A stretch of 64,000 bases of DNA from positions 1 through 64,000 of the IMG/VR virus record IMGVR_UViG_3300032285_004054; one strand, written 5' to 3'. The position numbers and the translations under genes are program-made. The notes under the pieces are model-generated. The model saw only the letters and a program-made list of their open reading frames with translations. It made no database searches and was not told where the DNA came from. Below, piece after piece: positions 56,618 to 64,000 of this stretch (its first letter is position 1; every line of letters begins with the position of its first letter).

Positions 56618-59600
56618 TTATACTAATATATAAACCGTATTAGGGTCTGCAGTAAAGCCTGGAGCTGTATAAACAGTATAAGGTAATATAACCATATTTT
56701 TAACAGCGCTTGACGATGTTGTGGTTGTTGTATCACTCTTTACAAACACACCTGAAGTATTTTGATATGTACTAGTTGGCAATAAACTACCTGTTAAAGT
56801 GTTAAGTGTTGTATTGTTTGTGTAAGCGGTTAAGAAGTTAGTATTAGTTAAGAAATTACCAGAAGTATTCTGGTAAGCGGTAGTAATACTATTCCAATTA
56901 TTAGCTGATAGACCTGTTAGCTTTGTTGAGTCTAAATTAAAGAGTTTCGAGCCATCACCTGAAACATTAGCAACGAGCGTATCGATAACTTTATTATTAC
57001 CTGCTACGTTGTTACTGCTTGGTTCAGTAACCATACTACTAAACAGATACCACGTACCTGGGTTACCTGCTCCGTGAGTTCTTAACAGACCTGTATGACT
57101 GTAGGTGTTATTAACAACGTTATGCCCTACAAAACCAATATCGTAACTGTCTCCTGGGTTATCTTGTGATAGATATATGATAGGGTTACCTACAACTAAC
57201 TGACTTGTTGATACAGCATACGCTGACCCTTGCAGATATATTGAACCACCGATAGATAAATTATTAAGTGTTAGTGTATTTGCTGTAGCACTGTTCAAGT
57301 ACGTGTAAGCGCTGTTCCAGTTACCACTGCTTTCTCTAACAACAGTATTAACAGCTGATTGACCCGGTAATGATGCACCGATAAGGTTGCTTCCGTCACC
57401 GTAGAAATACGCTGCAGATACAACACCTTGACTCGATAAGTTATTTACATACGTATAATCATTTGCAGTAGCGGTAATATTTGAACCAACAATAAAGGTA
57501 TTTGCTTGACCGTTAGTGCAGTTATTACTACCACCTATAATTGAAGAGTAGTCACCTGAAGCTGTATTGTTGAAACCGCCTCCGACAAAAGCATGGTTAC
57601 ATGCTGTATTTTGAATACCACCAACAATAATACCACCGTCACCGAGAACAGAATTACCTACACCACCGACAATTACCGAATATGTACCACCGGCATAGTT
57701 ACCATCCCCTCGAGGGTTGTTATTAGCAGGATTAACACCACCACCACCGACGATAACAGAACGAGCACCGTCAATGCAGTTGTTTTGACCGCCGCCGATA
57801 AATGCGCAATCTGCTTCAATGTAGTTACCTACACCTCCAAGTATGTTACTATAACCACCAGAAGCAGTATTGCTACCGCTAACAGGTAATATCGAAGTTG
57901 TAGAAGTTGTATACGGAATAGTTGATAATCTATTATAAGCAGCATCCCAATTACCTGAAACACTATTAATGTCTGTATACTGTACGTAATTGCTAGATGC
58001 ACTTTGATAGTCTGTAGCTACGCTATAAGCGGCATCCCAATTACCTGAAACACTATTAATGTCTGTGTATTGAACGTAATTACTAGATGTGTTTTGATAT
58101 GTTGTTATAGGTAATAGTAGCGACGAGGCACTATTGATAATAGATGTGAGATTACCTGAAACACTATTAACTGTTGAAAGTATAGAGCTTGAAATAGATC
58201 TTACATTACTATTTGTTGCAAACGAACCGGAAGCGTTTTGATATATTGTTGTTAATAGTAATTGCGAGGACGCACTATTAATAGCTGTATTAAGGCTACC
58301 TGAAACACTATTAATAGTTGAGATAAGCGACCCTGTAGTATTTACGAATGTGGTAGTTAATACAAGCTGAGAAGATGTATTACTAATTGTTGTATTAAGA
58401 TTACTTGAAACATTATTAATTGCTGTAACAAGAGAGCTTGATACGTTACGAAGAGTTGTTGTTAATACAAGCTGAGAAGATGTATTACTAATTGTTGTAT
58501 TAAGGTTACCTGAAACATTATTAACTATTGTAAACAGTGAACCAGAAACACTGTTTATTGTTGTTGTTAAATTACTAGAAGCAGAATTTACTAAACTATT
58601 TGTAGCAAAAGAACCAGATGTATTTTGATAGCTTGTTGCAAGAACGTAAGCATTATTCCAGTTTGAAGCACTTGTATTGACTTGATTAGTTGTATTGTTC
58701 CAAGTACCTGAACTTAAGGTAGCTGAATAAGCGCTATTCCAATTGTTACTATTACCGCCATTTGCAGCTACTATCCCCTGAGAGGATATGTTATTAACAT
58801 ATGTGTAATTTGCAGCTGGTGTAGCTATGTTCGAACCTATAATAAATGTGTTATTATAACTTGTAATGTTATTTTGCCCGCCTACAATATAAGAATTATC
58901 AGCTCCTGCTACGTTACTACATCCACCACCAATTGAAGTATAACGACCAGATGCTGTATTGCTTTGACCACCAAGAACAGATGAAGAAGGCCCTGTAGCA
59001 CAATTACTACCACCACCTGCTACTACAGCATAATCATTTAAGGCTTTATTAGTGGTACCACCACCAACTACTGAAAAGTTATTTGATGCAGCGTTTTGTA
59101 TACCACCATTAATAGTTGTAAAATAACCTGAAGAATTATTTGTACCGTTAGTAGGTTGTATTGAACTTGTACCAGAACCGTACACTATAGGTGAATTGAT
59201 AATTTTTGTATATGTATTATCAAGATTAGATACAGCATTATTCCAAAGACCTGTACTAAGGTTAATAGCTACTGTTGAATTGTAAGCAGCGTTCCATTTT
59301 GAGGAACTTGCATTAACTTGATTAGTTGTATTATTCCAGTTGCCTGTACTGAGATTAATAGCAGTTGTAGAAGTATAAGCACTATTCCAGCTACCACTTG
59401 TATTAGTAACGAGTGAGTTTACGCTTAACTGATTAGCAGGATATGTTCCTGTTAAATTAGAACCATCACCGTAGTGTGTACCTGTAACTGTATTAAACAG
59501 AGCGTTAGTACCTGATATCTTTCTAAAGATAGTAACTAAAGCGTTTGGAGCGTCAGCGCGTAATAATTCCTGCTCATTACCAAATATAGAAACAACACCG

Positions 59601-60160
59601 TTACCACTATTGTTATTAATAGTTGGGTTAATAATAGGACTAAAGATACCTGTATCTCCATCTGTACCGAAAGAATAACCGTTGGTTGAACTATCGTAGT
59701 TATTTGGAGCACCTTGTGCTGCTCTACTACCACTAACACTTATCGTGCTAGCATTGATACTACCTGTAGCACTAATATCACCAACAACTGTTAAAGCTTT
59801 ATTCGGTATATTTGTGTTAATACCAACAATACCAGTATTAGACGAAGTAGCGTTATTATCGATATAAAGTAAATTACTACCTGTAGAAGAATTAAAAACT
59901 GCTACAGGTCCTCCTATAGGACCTTTATATACATAAACAGCAGTACCGGGACCTGTTGAGTTAACAGATAGAGATGTTGTTGTTGTATAGGTTGTAGAAA
60001 AGAATGTTGTTACACCTGAAGCAGATAGATTGCCTGCAATTGATAAGTTACCTCTTACAATACCACCGCTGAGAGGTAAATAACTGCTTAACGGTACAGA
60101 AGGTGTATCAGATGTTGTTACATCAAAATTACCTGTAAATGGATTAAAGGTATAAGGCAT
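56618..60160 (-). CDS. long tail-fibre protein
   Basis: MPYTFNPFTGNFD; YadA-like GG..N repeats; WN.AY and NSVSGNL repeats; HTGL domain; DPNTVYILV. Confidence 0.85.
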   Translation of the reverse strand: MPYTFNPFTGNFDVTTSDTPSVPLSSYLPLSGGIVRGNLSIAGNLSASGVTTFFSTTYTTTTSLSVNSTGPGTAVYVYKGPIGGPVAVFNSSTGSNLLYIDNNATSSNTGIVGINTNIPNKALTVVGDISATGSINASTISVSGSRAAQGAPNNYDSSTNGYSFGTDGDTGIFSPIINPTINNNSGNGVVSIFGNEQELLRADAPNALVTIFRKISGTNALFNTVTGTHYGDGSNLTGTYPANQLSVNSLVTNTSGSWNSAYTSTTAINLSTGNWNNTTNQVNASSSKWNAAYNSTVAINLSTGLWNNAVSNLDNTYTKIINSPIVYGSGTSSIQPTNGTNNSSGYFTTINGGIQNAASNNFSVVGGGTTNKALNDYAVVAGGGSNCATGPSSSVLGGQSNTASGRYTSIGGGCSNVAGADNSYIVGGQNNITSYNNTFIIGSNIATPAANYTYVNNISSQGIVAANGGNSNNWNSAYSATLSSGTWNNTTNQVNTSASNWNNAYVLATSYQNTSGSFATNSLVNSASSNLTTTINSVSGSLFTIVNNVSGNLNTTISNTSSQLVLTTTLRNVSSSLVTAINNVSSNLNTTISNTSSQLVLTTTFVNTTGSLISTINSVSGSLNTAINSASSQLLLTTIYQNASGSFATNSNVRSISSSILSTVNSVSGNLTSIINSASSLLLPITTYQNTSSNYVQYTDINSVSGNWDAAYSVATDYQSASSNYVQYTDINSVSGNWDAAYNRLSTIPYTTSTTSILPVSGSNTASGGYSNILGGVGNYIEADCAFIGGGQNNCIDGARSVIVGGGGVNPANNNPRGDGNYAGGTYSVIVGGVGNSVLGDGGIIVGGIQNTACNHAFVGGGFNNTASGDYSSIIGGSNNCTNGQANTFIVGSNITATANDYTYVNNLSSQGVVSAAYFYGDGSNLIGASLPGQSAVNTVVRESSGNWNSAYTYLNSATANTLTLNNLSIGGSIYLQGSAYAVSTSQLVVGNPIIYLSQDNPGDSYDIGFVGHNVVNNTYSHTGLLRTHGAGNPGTWYLFSSMVTEPSSNNVAGNNKVIDTLVANVSGDGSKLFNLDSTKLTGLSANNWNSITTAYQNTSGNFLTNTNFLTAYTNNTTLNTLTGSLLPTSTYQNTSGVFVKSDTTTTTSSSAVKNMVILPYTVYTAPGFTADPNTVYILV

Positions 60161-60164
60161 GATA

Positions 60165-60518
60165 TTAAACGAGTCTTACAGCTCCAGAGAAAGGTGAACC
60201 ATTAGTGGAAGCATCCAAATAACTAAAACTTAAAGACGCTACAAGAGTTCCATGATATGAATAATTTATTTGACGGTAGTTAGTAGTACCAGGGTAATAT
60301 GTAGGTACTATAGTATCGTATGTAGGAATAGCAAAACCCGGGATAGGAGGGTTAGAATTTATATCTCCTGGGTTAACTAAATAAGAGGCCCGAGCGTAAA
60401 GTGGTCTGTTTAAGCTTTCACCATGTACAGGTACATATGAATACGTCTCAGCTATACCGAAATTATATGTAGGGTTATTCGGATCGCTAGTTAATAATGT
60501 ATTAAAAGAGGCAGACAT
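60165..60518 (-). CDS. small virion/assembly protein (paralogue of 56176-56604)
   Basis: Shared motifs as above; TAAATA upstream. Confidence 0.75.
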   Translation of the reverse strand: MSASFNTLLTSDPNNPTYNFGIAETYSYVPVHGESLNRPLYARASYLVNPGDINSNPPIPGFAIPTYDTIVPTYYPGTTNYRQINYSYHGTLVASLSFSYLDASTNGSPFSGAVRLV

Positions 60519-60596
60519 TCTAAATATATTTAAGATATTTTTATAACTAATTAAAGAGAACCTAATATATTTAGGCCTTAAGTAAATATAGCACTA

Positions 60597-62120
60597 ATGA
60601 ATACAGCTTTTTCAGTGGTTTCGGGTCAAACTGTACCTTTAAATTATTCCTGGGATAAGGGAGTACCTTTTGGAGGTAAAGCAGGAACATCTACCTATGT
60701 AACAAGCTTCACAAATGTTATAACAGGTTACGCACCAGGGTTAAAAGTTATATTTAGTAACAATTCAAGTTATGATGCAGGATCCGATACAACTTATCAG
60801 GATAGTTATTCGTGGAATTTTGGAGATTATTATAATATACGGTCTAACTCTCTCACTATAAACTGCCCTATGAATGTAGAGCATACATATATTATGCCTG
60901 GTATATATGTTGTTAATTTAAACCATACCCGAACACAAACTTTACAGGTTATCGATCCTACTCTAACATACTGTCAAGGTATCTACGGTTTTCAATGGTA
61001 TTGGGATAATCTTAAAAAGGGATTTGCAACTGCTCTAACGTGGGATCAACTTGGTTGTAATACGACTCTACCTGCTGGTCAACAACGCTACATTAAACAC
61101 TGGGCAAGTGAAACAGGATGCTTTGATCGTTATTGTAGTCTTTGGGATTGGTATGATCTACAATCAGTATCAAACGGTGGTGGCAATCCTTATACATGGG
61201 AAGATACGAGCGGTACCGGTAAATATCCTAAAAAATGGTACGGTCAGGAAGGACAAGTTAAAGCAGCTACATGTACAACAGATACAGATGCAAAAGTTAA
61301 TACAGTTATAAACACCGATCACGGTACAGCAGTAAGTAATGTTATAATACAAGTATTTGAATTACCTCCTAAAGCAGGCCTCGTCTGTATAAACAATAAT
61401 AACATTTATAATACTGTTTCAGGTACATCACCGTTTAACGTGCATTTATCGCCACGGTCGTGTATACCTGGTAGTTTTCCAATAGATAGAATTGATTGGG
61501 ATTTCGGAGACGGTACAGGCGTTGTTACTGTTGAACGGTACACACCTCCTAATTCAACTATATTTACAAATAATAACATTTTTAGTGACGATCCTTTAGA
61601 CCCTCGTAATTTTGATGCGTTACACGCATATGTTCATAATATTAATAATGCTAATGTGTTTTACCCGTCTATAACAGCGTATGCAAGTTCTACAGGTACA
61701 ACTGATTCTGTCTCTGTTAAAATAGGCCCGGTGCTGTTTAGATCTACAGGTTCGGCAGATATTAAATTATTAAAAGCTAGAAACACACCTAACGGTGTAT
61801 TATATGCTTTTGAAGTAGATGGTGGTATTGCATTTAACAGATTTAAGTCTGATGCAACTACTAATGCTACACATACAAATACACCTAGTAATCCTTTAAA
61901 AGATACGACAGCATTAGCGATGCCTATCTATCGGGGTAATAACGGGGTAGGGTATCCGCCTGCTTACAGTCCTAATTGTGTTTATATACCTCCAGCACCA
62001 CCGCCGGATATTGCTGAAAGATATCTTGTAGAAGAGTATACAGGTGTTCAGCCTTTAACAGCTGTTCTCGCAGAAGACTTTGGTGGTCAATACGAAGGTG
62101 ATCTAATTTTTGTACCTTAG
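60597..62120 (+). CDS. PKD-domain virion protein
   Basis: WNFGD and WDFGDGT motifs, H.Y..PG.Y.V.L. Confidence 0.8.
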   Translation: MNTAFSVVSGQTVPLNYSWDKGVPFGGKAGTSTYVTSFTNVITGYAPGLKVIFSNNSSYDAGSDTTYQDSYSWNFGDYYNIRSNSLTINCPMNVEHTYIMPGIYVVNLNHTRTQTLQVIDPTLTYCQGIYGFQWYWDNLKKGFATALTWDQLGCNTTLPAGQQRYIKHWASETGCFDRYCSLWDWYDLQSVSNGGGNPYTWEDTSGTGKYPKKWYGQEGQVKAATCTTDTDAKVNTVINTDHGTAVSNVIIQVFELPPKAGLVCINNNNIYNTVSGTSPFNVHLSPRSCIPGSFPIDRIDWDFGDGTGVVTVERYTPPNSTIFTNNNIFSDDPLDPRNFDALHAYVHNINNANVFYPSITAYASSTGTTDSVSVKIGPVLFRSTGSADIKLLKARNTPNGVLYAFEVDGGIAFNRFKSDATTNATHTNTPSNPLKDTTALAMPIYRGNNGVGYPPAYSPNCVYIPPAPPPDIAERYLVEEYTGVQPLTAVLAEDFGGQYEGDLIFVP

Positions 62121-62137
62121 TATAAATAATATATAAT

Positions 62138-64000
62138 ATGCCTGGCGTAAAAATTTCTGATCTTACACCTTCTCCTGATAATAAAATAGACATAGGTGAT
62201 GCTATCCCTATGGCAAGATCAGGTACGACATATCAAGTACCTGGTGGTGCGTTTATAAATACTGTAACAAACGCTACTTCACAAGGAACCTCTCTTGTTA
62301 AATCTCAAACATACGCTTCAAATACAGGGTATAATACACAAGTTAAAACCTTATCTGCTAACTCACCTATCGTATTAACGGATTCAGGTAATACAATTTC
62401 ATATGACTTACCTTACGATAGTTCGTTAACTGTAACAAACGGACAATTAGGTATAAATTTTTCTACAGGTGGTGGTCTAGAGCTAGGAGCAGGAGGTGTT
62501 AAGCTTGCAACTCAATCAGCTCCAGCGGCTGTTATAGCTGTCCGTCCTAGTGATACTAGCTCCCCTGCAGGCGCTGCAACAGATGATCAATGGGTAACAA
62601 GAGTTAAGGTAACAACCGGTAATGATCAAGACACATTACAGCCGTATTTTAAAACATTTACAGGAGCTGCTAATTACGCGAATAATAATTTTTCAAGTAA
62701 TTGTACAATTTATATTGACGAAAATACTATAGAAGGTACCCCGTCTCCTAACGGGCAGTCTCAGCTTGCAGGTAATTTTGGTAATCAATTAACAGGTCAG
62801 TTTTTTACCCAAGCCCAAGTTGATGCAGCCTTTGGTGCCGGTAGCGGTCTTTTAGCGGGTATTTACTGTTTTAATAATCAATACAATGTTGCTAATTCAC
62901 CTTATAGTGGGTTTCCTTGGGGAACATCTCTCTATACGCAAGGTGCAACAAACGTTTTTGCACGATATTATAGGTCTAGTATTAATCAGTGGAAAACAGA
63001 ACGCTATTATAACGAAGCTCCAAGAAGGATTTCAAGAAGACATTACCATGATACATCTGCTGTATTAACACCTCCAACATATAACGGTACTACCGGGGTT
63101 TGGTCAGGTGGAAATTTAGGTACAAACGCAAATAACTGGTTAAAATTTTTACCTGATAATTATCCTACAGGTAGAGGTGCCTATCAAGGTGTAAGAAGTT
63201 TTAACTTTAACACACCTAACGCTAGTGTATACAATATATGTTTTGAGGTAATAACAAATGGCGCTGATTGTACAGCTATAGAGTTTAACTCACAGGCTGG
63301 TATATCATTCCGTAACTGTACAGTTGCAGTAGGTGGAAGCGGATGCTTTAATTGGGGATTTTTAAATATTGATCAAAAAGCTAGAGTTTACGCGAGTGGT
63401 TCACCTTTAAGAGATCCAGGAAGTACTAACGATAGTTCTCCTGTTATGTCATTTCCTGGATACGGCTTTGTGTTATATGGTATTAATACAGTAACACCTT
63501 CTAATGTTGGTCACGGTGTAAAGCTTGACAACGACGGAGGTAGTGCTTTTTTCTCTAACTGGTCATATGACGCTTTCGTCTACACAACGGGTGGAGGTTC
63601 CGGTCTTCAAGGTAATCTTATATTAGCTGGTAAAATTAACTTACCGTATGGTGTGTTTTCTGTTAGTCGTAGTAACCAATTAACAACCGGCGGTATCGTA
63701 TTACAAGATAACTTAACAATTTCAACAAGCGCACTTGATCAAAGCTCTGCGCTTGGTTACAGTAATAATAAACAAAACATACCTGCTATTATTCTTGATC
63801 AAACTGCCCAGGTTGCGCAAATAAGTGATTACATTTCTAACTGGACATACCACATTAATAAAGGACCGAGTGTTACAAGTTATACCCAGCCTTCGATATT
63901 TTATCCGTGTACACTCTGGTGTTCAACAACTGCTAATAATACTGCACTAAATTCTGCTGTTGTAAATGGAGGAATAGTAACATATAATTCAAACGTAGTA
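62138..64000 (+). CDS. virion structural/fibre protein (partial, runs off window)
   Basis: TATAAATA at 62121; ATG 62138, MPGVKISDLT..D.IP..RSG.T; absent from ORF track, presumably because no stop falls inside the window. Confidence 0.75.
   Translation, partial: MPGVKISDLTPSPDNKIDIGDAIPMARSGTTYQVPGGAFINTVTNATSQGTSLVKSQTYASNTGYNTQVKTLSANSPIVLTDSGNTISYDLPYDSSLTVTNGQLGINFSTGGGLELGAGGVKLATQSAPAAVIAVRPSDTSSPAGAATDDQWVTRVKVTTGNDQDTLQPYFKTFTGAANYANNNFSSNCTIYIDENTIEGTPSPNGQSQLAGNFGNQLTGQFFTQAQVDAAFGAGSGLLAGIYCFNNQYNVANSPYSGFPWGTSLYTQGATNVFARYYRSSINQWKTERYYNEAPRRISRRHYHDTSAVLTPPTYNGTTGVWSGGNLGTNANNWLKFLPDNYPTGRGAYQGVRSFNFNTPNASVYNICFEVITNGADCTAIEFNSQAGISFRNCTVAVGGSGCFNWGFLNIDQKARVYASGSPLRDPGSTNDSSPVMSFPGYGFVLYGINTVTPSNVGHGVKLDNDGGSAFFSNWSYDAFVYTTGGGSGLQGNLILAGKINLPYGVFSVSRSNQLTTGGIVLQDNLTISTSALDQSSALGYSNNKQNIPAIILDQTAQVAQISDYISNWTYHINKGPSVTSYTQPSIFYPCTLWCSTTANNTALNSAVVNGGIVTYNSNVV

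Noticed and set aside
55538-57250. Diversity-generating retroelement TR/VR pair
   Set aside because: Differences are not adenine-specific, both copies are coding, and there is no reverse transcriptase in the window.
218-63068. Many short antisense or alternate-frame ORFs (e.g. 1130-1456, 6500-6937, 11245-11696, 42803-43151, 48498-48854, 62886-63068)
   Set aside because: They are shadows of better-supported genes, with no motifs or promoters.

Overview
This is a 64 kb segment of a large, AT-rich, T4-like (myovirus-type) dsDNA phage in the standard genetic code. Phage markers include gp15-like, gp62-like and GroES-like genes, Hsp20, a tail-fibre chaperone and TAAATA late promoters. A Verru_Chthon-type prepilin and autotransporter beta-strand repeats suggest a Verrucomicrobiota host (inference). 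Layout: 1-13 kb holds small early genes, many with their own sigma70 promoter placed for leaderless translation. 13-30 kb and 50-64 kb hold Ser/Thr/Gly-rich fibre/adhesin genes built from shuffled modules. 30-37 kb has queC-GATase-glycosyltransferase-DUF366, two deaminases, HNH and hpt. 38-44 kb is a late block of VWA/metallopeptidase, MoxR-type AAA+ and an LRR-like protein. 44-50 kb has rmlCB, hsp20, three tRNAs and a tmRNA. The best candidate for an undescribed system is a set of seven otherwise unrelated proteins ending in the same ~16-aa tag, [LM][ST]xxTxx[STA]F[GKE][GD]L[LI][DG][VI][IL]. Five are in one tandem late operon, where the tag's FGG codons also form GGAGG. Several tagged proteins, and the MoxR/VWA pair, also carry T4-type capsid-targeting-like N-terminal leaders, which suggests a tag-based cargo sorting/packaging system. 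Other oddities are a tmRNA with a 34-aa tag, tRNA-Ser(ACU), a long-arm tRNA-Thr, a 1.4 kb CpG-free stretch, and inverted repeats bracketing hsp20. All family assignments are by motif recognition only; no searches were run.
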